A DNA stretch of 64,000 nt. Source: an uncultured Bacteroidales bacterium. GTDB taxonomy: Bacteria; Bacteroidota; Bacteroidia; Bacteroidales; UBA932. The notes below the pieces were generated by a model. That model searched no databases. It was not told where the DNA came from and was given only the letters and a program-made list of their open reading frames with translations. Within the stretch, counting starts at the first letter, position 1. The number at the start of each line of letters is the position of its first letter. The stretch covers positions 9,458 through 73,457 of the forward strand of contig CAMHST010000003.1 of the NCBI GenBank assembly GCA_946187865.1, given 5' to 3'. Both the position numbers and the translations under genes were made by a program. This document shows positions 39,350 to 50,373 of this stretch, one piece after another.

Positions 39350-42289
39350 CTACATCTCTTCCTTCTTGGCGGCACGCATGGTGGCGTCGTACATGATAGG
39401 AGTACCGATCATGATGGAAGCGTAGGTACCGATGATCACACCCAGGCACAGGGCCACGGCCAGACCGCGGATGCTTTCGCCGCCGAAGATGGCGATGGCG
39501 AGCATCGGGAGGAGGGTGGATACGGAGGTGTTCACCGTACGGGTGAGGGTGGCGTTGAGGGCGGTGTTCACCGTGGTCTTGAAGTCGTCCTTCGGGTGCA
39601 GGCCGCGCTGCTCACGGATACGGTCGAAGATAACCACGTTATCGTTGATGGCGTAACCGATGATGGTCAGGATGGCGGCGATGAACGTCTGGTCCACATC
39701 CAGGTTGAACGGCAGGATACCGTTGAACAGGGAGAAGAAGCCAATCACGATAAGGGCGGTATGGGCCAGCGAAACAACGCCGCCGAGACCCCAGGTCCAG
39801 CCCTTGAACCGCAGGGCGATGTAGCCGAAGATCACGATCAGGGCCAGGAACACGGCGATGAAGGCGCTGCGGGTGATATCGCGGGCGATGGTAGGACCTA
39901 CCTTGTCGGAGGAGATGATACCGTTGGGGTTCTCCAGCGTGGAAGTGAAGTCTGCCAGGGCGATGTCCTCTGCGTAGAAGGGTTTCAGGGCCTGGAAGAG
40001 GATGCCTTCGATCTCTGCATCAACGGCGGTGTCTTCGGTGTCGTTCTTGTACTGGGTGGTGATCTTCATCTGGGAGTCTCCACCGAACTGCTTCACCTCT
40101 ACGGAGTACTGGTCCTCGCCGGCAGCGGTAGCAGCCTGTTCGAAGGCGGCCTCCACGGCGGAGCGAACGTCTTCAGCGGTGACAGCCTGGTCGAAGCGGA
40201 CCACGAAAGTACGGCCGCCGGTGAAGTCTACACCGTAGCTGAAGCCCTTGAAGGCGATGCTGGCGATGGAGATGACGATAAGGGCACCGGAGATGATATA
40301 GGACCACTTCTTGAGGGAAATGAAGTCCACATGGGTGTTCTTGAGGAAGTTCTGGCTCCACTTGCTGGACAGGGAAACGGTCTTGCCCTTCTCGATGCGG
40401 TCGTCGAAGATGATGCGCGTGATGAAGATGGAGGTGAGAACGGAGGTGATGATACCGATGATGAGGGTGGTGGCGAAGCCCTGGACCGGACCGGAACCGA
40501 AGATGTACAGGATGATACCGGTGAGGAGGGTGGTCACCTGACCGTCGATGATGGCGGAGTAAGCGTTCTTGTAACCGTCGGCCACGGCCTTGGAGAAGCC
40601 CTTGCCGGCGGCCAGTTCTTCCTTGATACGCTCATAGATAATCACGTTGGCATCCACAGCCATACCCAGGGTCAGGACCAGACCGGCGATACCCGGCAGG
40701 GTAAGTACTGCGCCGAAGCTCACGAGCACGCCGAACAGCAGCAGCACGTTGCAAAGAAGGGCCACGTCGGCGATGACACCTGCGCCACGGTAGAAGAGCA
40801 CCATGTAGATGAGCACCAGGCAGAAGGCGATGAGGAAGGAGATGAGACCGGCGCGGATGGATGCGGAACCCAGGGAAGGACCCACAACCTGCTCCTGGAT
40901 GATGGTGGCAGGGGCGGGGAGCTTACCGGATTTGAGCACGTTGGCAAGGTCTTCGGCTTCCTGGACATCGAAGTTACCGGTGATCTCGGAGGAGCCGCCG
41001 GTGATCTCGGTGTTCACGGTAGGATAGGAATATACCAGACCGTCCAGGACGATGGCAACCTGCTTGCCGATGTTGTCCTTGGTCAGGCGGGCCCAGATGG
41101 AGGCGCCCTCGGCGTTCATGGTCATGGACACGGAAGGGGCACCGTTGCCGCCCTGCTGGGCGCCGTTGAAGTTCACGCGGGCGTCTGTTACCACGCCGCC
41201 GTCCAGCGGAGCCTTGCCGTCACGGGAGTTGGCCTTGATGGCCACCAGTTCATAGAGGTTGCTGCCCTTCACAAGGTCGGTGGGTTTCACGGACCACATG
41301 CCGCGGAAGCCCTGCGGAAGCACGTCCTGCGCCATGGCCAGGTAGCGGTTCACGGTTGCGGTATCCACACCGGCGGCGAAGCCGATGCAGGCATTGTCCC
41401 AACCGGACGGGGAGAGCACCTGGAACAGCGGATTGGCCACTGCGGTGCTGTCACCGAGGTTGCTCAGGATCTCTGCCACGCGGGCATCGACGGAATACAG
41501 GTCTACCTCGTTGCCCTGATAAGTGGGCCAGAATTCCAGGGAGGCGGTACCCTGCAGGAGCTTGCGCACACGCTCAGGGTCTTTGACACCCGGCAGTTCG
41601 ATGAGGATCTTGCCGGAATTGCCCACCTGCTGGATGTTGGGCTGGGTTACGCCGAAACGGTCGATACGGTTACGGAGCACGTTGAAGGAGTTGTCAACGG
41701 CGCTCTTGGCCTCTGCGCGGATTACGTCCACAACCTCGCGGTTGGTGGATTCGGGCTTGATCTTGTCACGGAGCTCGTAGGTGCCGAACACCTCTGCCAT
41801 GCGGCGGGCGGGGGCAATCTGGTTCCAAGCTTCCTCGAACAGGCCGATGAAGTCTGCGCTGGAGTTCACGTTATTGGCCTTGGCCTGGGCGAGGGCTGCC
41901 ACGAAGTCAGGATCCGTGCTGCCTCCGGAGAGGGCCTTCACCAGATCTTCCAGCTGTACCTGCAGCATCACGTTCATACCGCCCTTGAGGTCCAGACCCA
42001 GGTTGATTTCCTTTTCCTTTACACTCTGATAGGTGTATCCCAGGAAAACTTTCTCTGCGCTGATGGAGTCGATGTAGGCGCGGTTCCTGATGTTCGCCAC
42101 GGAATCCAGGGCAAACTCGCGGATTTCCGGGGCAATGTTGTTTGATTCAATAAACTGCTGCGCCTGCTCTTCTGCGTATTTTGCAGCCTTGCTCTCCTGG
42201 ATACGGGAAATGGCCGTAAAGGAGAGCTGCCAGATGCTGGCGATACCGAGCAGGATGGCAACAAATCTGATCCAACCTTTGCTTTGCAT
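39350..42289 (-). CDS. secDF: Protein translocase subunit SecDF
   Basis: LGLDLKGG, RIDRFGV, VGPSLG, GMAVDANV, GVDFTGG, GYAINDNVVIFDRIRE. Confidence 0.97.
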   Translation of the reverse strand: MQSKGWIRFVAILLGIASIWQLSFTAISRIQESKAAKYAEEQAQQFIESNNIAPEIREFALDSVANIRNRAYIDSISAEKVFLGYTYQSVKEKEINLGLDLKGGMNVMLQVQLEDLVKALSGGSTDPDFVAALAQAKANNVNSSADFIGLFEEAWNQIAPARRMAEVFGTYELRDKIKPESTNREVVDVIRAEAKSAVDNSFNVLRNRIDRFGVTQPNIQQVGNSGKILIELPGVKDPERVRKLLQGTASLEFWPTYQGNEVDLYSVDARVAEILSNLGDSTAVANPLFQVLSPSGWDNACIGFAAGVDTATVNRYLAMAQDVLPQGFRGMWSVKPTDLVKGSNLYELVAIKANSRDGKAPLDGGVVTDARVNFNGAQQGGNGAPSVSMTMNAEGASIWARLTKDNIGKQVAIVLDGLVYSYPTVNTEITGGSSEITGNFDVQEAEDLANVLKSGKLPAPATIIQEQVVGPSLGSASIRAGLISFLIAFCLVLIYMVLFYRGAGVIADVALLCNVLLLFGVLVSFGAVLTLPGIAGLVLTLGMAVDANVIIYERIKEELAAGKGFSKAVADGYKNAYSAIIDGQVTTLLTGIILYIFGSGPVQGFATTLIIGIITSVLTSIFITRIIFDDRIEKGKTVSLSSKWSQNFLKNTHVDFISLKKWSYIISGALIVISIASIAFKGFSYGVDFTGGRTFVVRFDQAVTAEDVRSAVEAAFEQAATAAGEDQYSVEVKQFGGDSQMKITTQYKNDTEDTAVDAEIEGILFQALKPFYAEDIALADFTSTLENPNGIISSDKVGPTIARDITRSAFIAVFLALIVIFGYIALRFKGWTWGLGGVVSLAHTALIVIGFFSLFNGILPFNLDVDQTFIAAILTIIGYAINDNVVIFDRIREQRGLHPKDDFKTTVNTALNATLTRTVNTSVSTLLPMLAIAIFGGESIRGLAVALCLGVIIGTYASIMIGTPIMYDATMRAAKKEEM

Positions 42290-42440
42290 GTTAATTTATC
42301 TTTAAAATTTTATATGTTTTTACAAACCAATCCGTCGCGTCATTAGACACTACGGCAAAATAGGCTGCAAATTTACGATTTTTTTCTGATTTACCGAACT
42401 TTCTCGCAACTATTTCTTAATTTTGCAGACTAAAACCCGT

Positions 42441-43973
42441 ATGCAAAAGCAGTTTTTCTCCGCCATCCTGACACTTTTGGTGCTTTCCTTCTCCGTATCG
42501 GGGCAGGAACAGCCCCGTTCCGTCCGGGTACCGGAGCGGGCCGACAGCCTTCTGCGCGCCTATCGTTTCGAAGAAGCGCTCCAGGCCTGCCAGCCAGCCG
42601 GAGAAGCGGTTTCTGAAAAAACGCTGAATCAGATACGCAGCGCGATAAGCCTCAGCGACCAATGCGCCAACCCGCGGGTGGTAGCCCGGCAAAAATTCTC
42701 CCGCGCGGACTATTTCCTCTACTATCCCCTGCCCGCCGGGGCATGGCACCCCTCCCCCAGCCCGCTGGACCAGGAAGGGACGTTCCCGGTTTATCTGAAG
42801 GACGGGGACGACGTGGTGTATTTCTCGGCCCGGGACGCCGCCGGAGCCCGGAGCCTCTTCCTCTCCGAAGACCGGGACTCCCTGTGGCGGACCCCCCGGC
42901 ACCTGTCTGAATCCCTGTTGTCGCTTGGAAGCGAGGTGCTTCCCATGTTGTCGGCCAACGGGCGCACGCTCTATTTCGCCTCCGACGGCATGAACGGCAT
43001 GGGCGGACTGGACATCTACGCATCGGCCTGGGACGACGCCAATGCCATCTGGGGAGAACCGGTGAACCTGGGATTCCCCTACAACTCCCCCTGGGACGAT
43101 TTCCTGATGGCCGATTCCGAAGACGGAAAATACACCGTCTTCGCCTCCAACAGAGATTGCGGGACAGATAGCCTCTACGTATATGTCGTTGAATATGAGG
43201 AGTCTCCGCTCCGGACACCCGTCAAAGATCCGGACGAGCTGAAAACACTCTGCACGCTGGAACCCTCCAATGCCGCGTCTCCCCGCCACCGCACATCCGG
43301 CACGGCCGACACGCGCCTGTATATGCGCAAGATGGCCGAGCTGCGCACCCTCAGGGATTCCCTGTACCGGCGGGAAACAGACCTGGACGCCCTTCGTGCA
43401 CGTCTGGTCCAGGCAGCCGAAACCGAAGCTGAAGCCCTGAAGGCCCAGATCCTGGAACGGGAAACCGCGCTGAGCCCGCTCAGGCGCAGGATTGCATCGG
43501 CCCGGGAAGAAATCCGCCGGGTGGAGTCGGCCTTTCTCAGGAGGGGATCCGCCACCCAGGACCCCGCATCCGCCACTTCCGGAGCGGACACGGCTTTCCA
43601 CTTCGAGAAACGGCCGATGGGACTCCCCCTGGACATGACCCTGGAGCAAACCGGGCAGACATCGCTTTTTTCCGTGGATGCGGAGGGCCATTTCTCCCCT
43701 GACGCCGTTCTGCCGGAAGGTGTCGTGTATCAGATTTTTCTGTGCACATCGGCCGCCCGCCTCTCCGTACAAGACCTGAACGGGCTTTCTCCGGTCTATG
43801 AGCGGCTCAACGCCAATCTGCGCTATGCCTACTTTGCCGGGCTCTTCCCCACTTACAGGGCCGCCCTGCTGCATCTGAACCAGGTCCGGAAAGCAGGATT
43901 TCCTCAGGCGCGGATCGTCGCGTACAGTGACGGCCGGTCCATCCCGGTGAACCAGGCAAGACAAGAAGAATAG
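42441..43973 (+). CDS. Periplasmic PD40 (TolB-like) repeat protein with coiled coil and SPOR-like C-terminus
   Basis: PMLSANGRTLYFASDG..GMGGLDIY, NLGFPYNSPWDD; C-terminal Y.YFAGLF.TY..A...VRKAGFPQA.IVAY. Confidence 0.7.
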   Translation: MQKQFFSAILTLLVLSFSVSGQEQPRSVRVPERADSLLRAYRFEEALQACQPAGEAVSEKTLNQIRSAISLSDQCANPRVVARQKFSRADYFLYYPLPAGAWHPSPSPLDQEGTFPVYLKDGDDVVYFSARDAAGARSLFLSEDRDSLWRTPRHLSESLLSLGSEVLPMLSANGRTLYFASDGMNGMGGLDIYASAWDDANAIWGEPVNLGFPYNSPWDDFLMADSEDGKYTVFASNRDCGTDSLYVYVVEYEESPLRTPVKDPDELKTLCTLEPSNAASPRHRTSGTADTRLYMRKMAELRTLRDSLYRRETDLDALRARLVQAAETEAEALKAQILERETALSPLRRRIASAREEIRRVESAFLRRGSATQDPASATSGADTAFHFEKRPMGLPLDMTLEQTGQTSLFSVDAEGHFSPDAVLPEGVVYQIFLCTSAARLSVQDLNGLSPVYERLNANLRYAYFAGLFPTYRAALLHLNQVRKAGFPQARIVAYSDGRSIPVNQARQEE

Positions 43974-44035
43974 GACGGATACTTCCTATTTTAAAAAAAT
44001 TTATTTAACTTCACCGCCATAAAACACTTACATCT

Positions 44036-46486
44036 ATGGACAAGAAGATTCTTACCTTACTGTCTGCCCTGGCAATCGTTTGCCTGTCGGCACAAGCGCA
44101 GGGAAGGGGTCCGCGCCCGGGAGGTCCCGCTCCGGATTCCAAGGAAGCCCCTGCAGAGAAGAAAGAAGAAGCCCCTAAGCTCAGCTTCAAACCGGGCCTG
44201 TTCGGCGTGGCCCAGAACGAGAAAGACTGGTACTTCGAGATTCCGGACAGTCTGCTGGGCCGCCGGATCCTGGCTGTGACCCGCTACGTGAGCAACACCC
44301 CGGGTGCCAGCACCTACGGCGGTGAAGAGGTGAACGAGAGTATGCTCTACTGGGAGAAGGCCTCCAACGGCAACCTGCTCCTGCGGGCCGACGTCCTCAC
44401 CATCCAGGCCGACGAAGACCAGGCCATCTATAAAGCCGTGAAAGTGAGCTCAGAAAACCCGATTGTAGCCTCCTTCAAGCCGGAAAAGGACAGCACCCCC
44501 GGCACCACCCGCATCAAGGTGAACACCCTGTTTGAGGGCGACGTGCAGGTGGTCTCCCTGGATGCCCGCACCAAGCGGGCCGGCAACCTGGGCGGCGTGA
44601 AGGGCGACGCTTCCTTCATCAACAGCATCCGCACCTATCCCATCAACACGGAAATAACTGTTACCAAGACTTATTCGTACAACCAGCCGCAGGGCGGCCC
44701 GGGTATGGGCCAGGGCGGTCCCCAGATGTCCCAGTCCCTGCCCGCCGGCCGGGAAGCCGGTGCTGTAACCCTGGTGCTGAACACCTCCATGGTGCTGCTG
44801 CCCGAAAAACCCATGCAGCAACGCTGGTTCGACTCCCGCGTGGGCTATTTCGCCGGCCGCTACAGCCAGTTCTCGGATGAGCAGCAGGGGGTAGAGGACA
44901 TTACCTACATCACCCGCTGGCGTCTGGAAGCCCGTCCCGAAGACCGTGAACGGCAGCAGCGCGGAGAGCTGGTGGAGCCCATCAAGCCCATTGTCTATTA
45001 CATCGACCCCGCTACCCCCAAACAGTGGCGCAAGTACCTGATCGCCGGTGTAAACGACTGGGCCAAAGCCTTTGAGCAGGCCGGATGGAAGAACGCCATC
45101 CATGCCGAGGAATGGCCGGAGAATGCCGAGGAACTGGGCATGAGCCTGGAAGACGCCCGTTTCTCCGTGATCCGTTACCTGGCCTCTCCCATCGCCAACG
45201 CCTACGGTCCAAACGTGCACGACCCCCGCTCCGGAGAGATTCTCGAGAGCCATATCGGCTGGTACCACAATGTGATGACCCTGGTACACGACTGGTATCA
45301 GGTGCAGGCCGGCATGATCGACCCCCGCGCCCGCAAAATCAAGTATGACGAAGAGCTGATGGGAGACCTCATCCGCTTTGTGTCCTCCCACGAGGTGGGC
45401 CATACCCTTGGCCTGCGCCACAACATGGGCGCAAGCAGCAAGACTCCTGTCGAGAACCTCCGTAACAAGGAATGGGTGGAGAAGAACGGCCACACCGCCT
45501 CCATTATGGACTACGCCCGCTTCAACTACGTGGCCCAGCCGGAGGACAATATCTCCAAGGAGGGCATTTACCCGCGCATCAACGACTACGACAAGTGGGC
45601 CATCGAGTTCGGCTATACCCCCACTTACTTCAAGACCTCCAAGGAAGACCACCTGTACTGGAACAAGGTCATCGTCGCCCGCCTTGCCGACAATCCTCGC
45701 CTGTGGTTCGGCGGCGAGGGCCGTGACGGGGATCCCCGCGCCCTGACCGAAGACCTCTCCGACGACGCCGTTGCCGCCAGCAACTACGGTATCCAGAACC
45801 TCAAGCGCATGATCGGCCAGATTCCCGAATGGAACAAGGAAGAGGGAGACCAGTACGAGAACATCGACAGGATGTACACGGCTGTGATCGGCCAGTTCAA
45901 CCGCTATCTGGGCCATGTGGCCGGCAATATCGGCGGACGCTTCATCACCAACAAGAGCATCGAGGAGCCCGGTCCCAAGTACGAGCCCGTCCCCAAGGCC
46001 CGCCAGAAGAGGGCCCTGGACTTCCTGAACGAGAATATCTTCCGCAAACCTACCTGGCTGGTGGATGTCCCGTACATCTTCAACATCACCGACCGTCCGG
46101 ACAACAACCTGTACCCGCTGGTGAACAGCGTCGTGAGCGCGCTGGTGAGTACCGCCAAGCTGGACCGCATGGAGCAGTTCGCCCAGTATGGCAGCGGCAA
46201 CTACACCCCGGAAGAGTACCTGGAAGACCTCTACGGCATGGTTTTCACCGAGCTGGACAAGGGTGGCAAGGCCGACAGCTACCGCCGCTACCTGCAGCAG
46301 CGCTACGTGACCACCGCCCTGAACGTTGTTAAGAGTGATGCATCGGCCAATTCCGGCAGCCGCGCCCTGATTCTGGGCCAGCTCCTGGACATCCAGAAGA
46401 AGACCGCCAAGGGCAAGGGCGGAGACGCTGCCACCAAGGCCCACTGGCTCTCCATTGCCAACCAGATTGAGAAAGGGCTGAAGTAA
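44036..46486 (+). CDS. Secreted zinc metalloprotease (met-zincin, DUF5117/DUF4953 type)
   Basis: DSRVGYF, DPRSGEILES, HEVGHTLGLRHN, SIMDYAR Met-turn. Confidence 0.92.
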   Translation: MDKKILTLLSALAIVCLSAQAQGRGPRPGGPAPDSKEAPAEKKEEAPKLSFKPGLFGVAQNEKDWYFEIPDSLLGRRILAVTRYVSNTPGASTYGGEEVNESMLYWEKASNGNLLLRADVLTIQADEDQAIYKAVKVSSENPIVASFKPEKDSTPGTTRIKVNTLFEGDVQVVSLDARTKRAGNLGGVKGDASFINSIRTYPINTEITVTKTYSYNQPQGGPGMGQGGPQMSQSLPAGREAGAVTLVLNTSMVLLPEKPMQQRWFDSRVGYFAGRYSQFSDEQQGVEDITYITRWRLEARPEDRERQQRGELVEPIKPIVYYIDPATPKQWRKYLIAGVNDWAKAFEQAGWKNAIHAEEWPENAEELGMSLEDARFSVIRYLASPIANAYGPNVHDPRSGEILESHIGWYHNVMTLVHDWYQVQAGMIDPRARKIKYDEELMGDLIRFVSSHEVGHTLGLRHNMGASSKTPVENLRNKEWVEKNGHTASIMDYARFNYVAQPEDNISKEGIYPRINDYDKWAIEFGYTPTYFKTSKEDHLYWNKVIVARLADNPRLWFGGEGRDGDPRALTEDLSDDAVAASNYGIQNLKRMIGQIPEWNKEEGDQYENIDRMYTAVIGQFNRYLGHVAGNIGGRFITNKSIEEPGPKYEPVPKARQKRALDFLNENIFRKPTWLVDVPYIFNITDRPDNNLYPLVNSVVSALVSTAKLDRMEQFAQYGSGNYTPEEYLEDLYGMVFTELDKGGKADSYRRYLQQRYVTTALNVVKSDASANSGSRALILGQLLDIQKKTAKGKGGDAATKAHWLSIANQIEKGLK

Positions 46487-46506
46487 TTGACCCTTAATTA
46501 CTTAAT

Positions 46507-46545
46507 AGAATACCCTGCTGCCTGTTGACAGCAGGGTATTTTCTT
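46507..46545. terminator. Bidirectional terminator
   Basis: AATACCCTGCTG-N8-CAGCAGGGTATT between converging genes. Confidence 0.8.
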
Positions 46546-46585
46546 AATGCGCTGAACCGCAAGCAGAAAGCCTCCATGGGCTTCC

Positions 46586-49500
46586 TTACTTGCGCAACAC
46601 CTCGTAGCGGTCTATCCCGATGCGCTGGAGGTCCTGGATGAATTCAGAGGTTACGGCAACCTGGAATTTCTTGGAAATGAATTGAATGCGGTACCGGGTC
46701 TGCGGATCGAAGAGGTACAGGGTGAGCGGAATGTTGCCCTTGTGATGCTTGATTACCTTCACCAGGTCTTCGCGGAAGGCCTGCGTTAGCATCGGCGTGG
46801 TGATATCCATGCTGAATCCGGAAAGGATATCGTCCGAAATATTGCCCAGCAGTGTAACTTTCCGCACCTTGAAGGCATACGGGGCCGTTTTTCCCTGCGC
46901 ACGCTCCTCCTGCTTCAGGAAGAATTTCTCCTCCACCACGCCCTCCAGGAACAGGGCCGACTTGGGGACCATGTACTGCATGAAGTTCTCATGGTCTTTG
47001 CCGAAGAGGGCCAGCTCGTAGGAGCCGCTGTAGTCTTCCAGCACGGTGCGGGAATAGGGTTTGCCGGTTTTGGTGGTGAGCGTCTTGAAGTCGGTCACGA
47101 TACCGGCGACATACACCTTGGCCGTCTGCTTTTTGGCCTCGCACTCGCTGACGAAATTGCTCAGATTGGCCAGCTGGCAGTTGGTGAAGTTCTTGATTTC
47201 GAAGCTGTAACGGTCCAGCGGGTGAGAGCTCAGGTACATACCCACCAGGTCCTTTTCCCGCTGGAGCATTTCCATGATATCCATTTCCCCCTCTGTGTCC
47301 GGGAGGGGCGGGCGTTCCGGCTTCATCTCTTCCATGTCGCCGAACAGGGAGGCCGCGCCGGACAGGGTGTCGTTGGCATACAGGTCTCCGTAGCGGGTAA
47401 CCAGGTCTATGAACATTTCCCCGCCGCGCCCGAACTGGAAGTACATGCTGCGTTTGTGGCCGAAGCTGTCCAGAGCACCGGAGTTCACCAGGCTCTCGAA
47501 GCTCTTGCGGTTCACGCTGCCGGCCATCCGTTCCACAAAGTCGTAAACGTCTGTGAACAAGCCGTTTTCTTCACGTTCCCTAATAATGGCATCTACGACG
47601 TTGGCGCCAAAACCCTTGATGCTGCCCAGGGCAAAACGCACATCTCCGTTCTTGTTCACCGTAAAATGGGCTTCGCTCTCATTCACGTCCGGACTGAGCA
47701 CCTTGATACCGTGGCCTTTGCAGTCGTCCATGATCTTTACGATCTCTTCCATGCTCTTGGCACAGTCCAGGCAGGAAGCGAAGAATTCCGACGGATAGTG
47801 GCATTTGAGCCAGCCGGTCTGGTAGCTTACCCAGGCGTAGCAGGTGGCGTGGGACTTGTTGAAGGCGTACTGGGCGAACTTCTCCCAGTCTTTCCAGATT
47901 TTGTCCAGGATTTTTTCCGGGTGGCCGTTGGCGATACCGCCGCTCATGAATTTGTCCTTGAGCGAGTTCAGGATGTCTATCTGCTTTTTGCCCATGGCCT
48001 TGCGGAGCTTGTCGGCCTCGCCTTTGGTGAAGCCGGCCAGCCTCTGGGAAAGCAGCATCACCTGCTCCTGGTACACGGTGACGCCGTAGGTATCCTGCAG
48101 GAACTCCTCCATCTCCGGAAGGTCGTACTCGATGGCCTGTTCGCCCAGCTTGCGGGCAACGAAATCCGGGATGTAATCCATCGGCCCGGGCCTGTAGAGG
48201 GCGTTCATGGCGATGAGGTCCTCGAAACGGGAGGGACGCAGCTTCTGGAGCCAGGTTTTCATGCCTTCCGATTCGAACTGGAACACGGAAGTGGTGTCTC
48301 CCCGGCCGTAGAGCTCATAGGTGGGCTTGTCGTCGATGGGGATGGCTTCGATGTCTATGTCTTCCCCGTGGTGGGCCTTAATCAGGTTCAGGCAGTTGTG
48401 GATGATCTGAAGGGTGATCAGGCCCAGGAAGTCCATCTTGAGCATGCCCACATCCTCTATATAATGGCCGTCGTACTGGGAGGTGCGCACATCCAGGCCC
48501 GTTTCCTTATCTTTGGACAGGCAGATGGGCAGGTAGTCCGTAAGGTCTCCCCGGCCGATGATGGTGGCGCAGGCGTGCATGCCCACCTGGCGCACACAGC
48601 CCTCCAGGGCCTGGGCATATTTCAGCACTTCCTTGTTGATCTCCGGGCCGTTTTTCAGTTCCTCGATAAACTCCGGCACCAGGCGGTAGCAGTTTTTGAG
48701 GGTAATCTTGACATCCACGTCCTCCAGGCCCTTCTGGAACACTTTTCCATCATGTTCCACAATCTTGAAACCGGGCTTTAATTCATCCAGTTTGGCGTTA
48801 TAGGGATACTCCTTTTCCTTTTTCTCGCTCAGGCGGTCCGGGACCATCTTGGTGAGCCGGTTGCTTTCGTCGATGGAGACGTGGCTGATGCGGGCCACGT
48901 CCTTGATGGCGCTTTTCGCCGCCATGGTGCCAAAGGTGATTACGCGGGAGACGTGGCTTACCCCATACTTCTTTTCCACGTAATCGTGGGCTTTGGTCAG
49001 GTCTTCAAAATCCACGTCGATATCCGGCATGGAGATCCGGTCCGGATTCAGGAAACGCTCGAACAGGAGCTGGTACTTGATGGGGTCCAGGTTGGTAATC
49101 CGGAGGCAGTAGGCCACGACGGACCCGGCGGCGCTGCCACGGCCCGGCCCCACCATGCTTCCCATGGCGCGGGAGGCTGCAATATAGTCCTGGACAATGA
49201 GGAAATAATCCGGGAAACCCATCCGGCAGATGGTTTTGAGCTCGAAATCAATTCTTTCCTGCTGCTCCTGCGTCAGGTTTTCCCCGTAGCGCTCATGGGC
49301 GCCCGCGAAGGTAAGATGGCACAGATACGCCACCGAGTGGCAGAAACCGTCTCCGCGGTAATTGCCGTGCTTGTCACAGCGGCCGGCGTCGATGATGTCC
49401 TTGTACTGCTCCAGGTGCCGATCTATGTCGGCCATGAAGGCGGGGTCTATCTCATATACCGGCAGAACCGGCTCACGGTCAATGGAATAGCTCTCTATCT

Positions 49501-50323
49501 TGCCGGCCACTTCCAGGGTGTTCTCCAGCGCTTCCGGATGGTCCGGGAACAGGGCGAGCATCTCTTCCTCTGTCTTGATATACTCCTGCTGGGTATAGCG
49601 CAGGCGGGAAGGGTCGTCTATGTAAGCATTGGTTGTGAGGCAGATCAGGCGGTCGTGCACGGGGCCGTCTTCCTTGCGCACAAAGTGCGCGTCATTGGTG
49701 GCGATGACCTTGACGCCGTACTTCTGCGCCAGCTTGAAGATTTCTTCCGTGTAGTAGCACTGCTGCTCGTAAAGCTCGTTGGACAGCCCGGGAACTTCCG
49801 TCTTGTGCTTCATCACCTCCAGGTAATAGTCTTCCCCGAACACTCGTTTGTGCCAGAGGATGGCCTTTTCCACCGCGTCCGAATCCTTGGCCATAATGGC
49901 CCTGGGCACCTCTCCGGCCAGGCAGGCGCTGCTGCAGATAAGGCCTTCGTGGTACTTCTCTATCACCTCATGGCTCACCCGGGGGCGGTAATACATGCCG
50001 TTCACATGCCCTTCGGACACGATTTTTACCAGATTCAGGTACCCCTGGTAGTTCTTGGCCAGCAGAATCAGGTGGTAGTACCCCTTTTCTTTGAGCCGAT
50101 GGTCCCCTTTGGACACGTAAATCTCACAGCCGATGATGGGTTTTACGTTCGGGTGCTTCTTGGCGTACTTGAAGAACTCCTTGACGCCGTACATGTTGCC
50201 GTGGTCCGTGATGGCAAGGGCGGGCATACCCAGCTCGTCGGCCCGGTTAAAGAGGTTTTCTATGGAGGATTGTCCGTCCAGGATGGAGTACTGGGTGTGG
50301 ACATGAAGGTGTACAAAACTCAT
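46586..50323 (-). CDS. dnaE: DNA polymerase III alpha subunit
   Basis: FVHLHVHTQYSILDG, GPGRGSAAGS, RISMPDIDVDF, KMDFLGL, YAFNKSHA. Confidence 0.98.
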   Translation of the reverse strand: MSFVHLHVHTQYSILDGQSSIENLFNRADELGMPALAITDHGNMYGVKEFFKYAKKHPNVKPIIGCEIYVSKGDHRLKEKGYYHLILLAKNYQGYLNLVKIVSEGHVNGMYYRPRVSHEVIEKYHEGLICSSACLAGEVPRAIMAKDSDAVEKAILWHKRVFGEDYYLEVMKHKTEVPGLSNELYEQQCYYTEEIFKLAQKYGVKVIATNDAHFVRKEDGPVHDRLICLTTNAYIDDPSRLRYTQQEYIKTEEEMLALFPDHPEALENTLEVAGKIESYSIDREPVLPVYEIDPAFMADIDRHLEQYKDIIDAGRCDKHGNYRGDGFCHSVAYLCHLTFAGAHERYGENLTQEQQERIDFELKTICRMGFPDYFLIVQDYIAASRAMGSMVGPGRGSAAGSVVAYCLRITNLDPIKYQLLFERFLNPDRISMPDIDVDFEDLTKAHDYVEKKYGVSHVSRVITFGTMAAKSAIKDVARISHVSIDESNRLTKMVPDRLSEKKEKEYPYNAKLDELKPGFKIVEHDGKVFQKGLEDVDVKITLKNCYRLVPEFIEELKNGPEINKEVLKYAQALEGCVRQVGMHACATIIGRGDLTDYLPICLSKDKETGLDVRTSQYDGHYIEDVGMLKMDFLGLITLQIIHNCLNLIKAHHGEDIDIEAIPIDDKPTYELYGRGDTTSVFQFESEGMKTWLQKLRPSRFEDLIAMNALYRPGPMDYIPDFVARKLGEQAIEYDLPEMEEFLQDTYGVTVYQEQVMLLSQRLAGFTKGEADKLRKAMGKKQIDILNSLKDKFMSGGIANGHPEKILDKIWKDWEKFAQYAFNKSHATCYAWVSYQTGWLKCHYPSEFFASCLDCAKSMEEIVKIMDDCKGHGIKVLSPDVNESEAHFTVNKNGDVRFALGSIKGFGANVVDAIIREREENGLFTDVYDFVERMAGSVNRKSFESLVNSGALDSFGHKRSMYFQFGRGGEMFIDLVTRYGDLYANDTLSGAASLFGDMEEMKPERPPLPDTEGEMDIMEMLQREKDLVGMYLSSHPLDRYSFEIKNFTNCQLANLSNFVSECEAKKQTAKVYVAGIVTDFKTLTTKTGKPYSRTVLEDYSGSYELALFGKDHENFMQYMVPKSALFLEGVVEEKFFLKQEERAQGKTAPYAFKVRKVTLLGNISDDILSGFSMDITTPMLTQAFREDLVKVIKHHKGNIPLTLYLFDPQTRYRIQFISKKFQVAVTSEFIQDLQRIGIDRYEVLRK

Positions 50324-50373
50324 AGGAACAAAGATACTTCTTTCTTCCCGGATTCACAATAAAGCTTGTCGGT

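Noticed and set aside
48690-48850. About 40-aa insertion in DnaE as an intein
   Set aside because: Too short, and lacks a C/S start, HN-C end or LAGLIDADG motifs; likely a lineage-specific loop.
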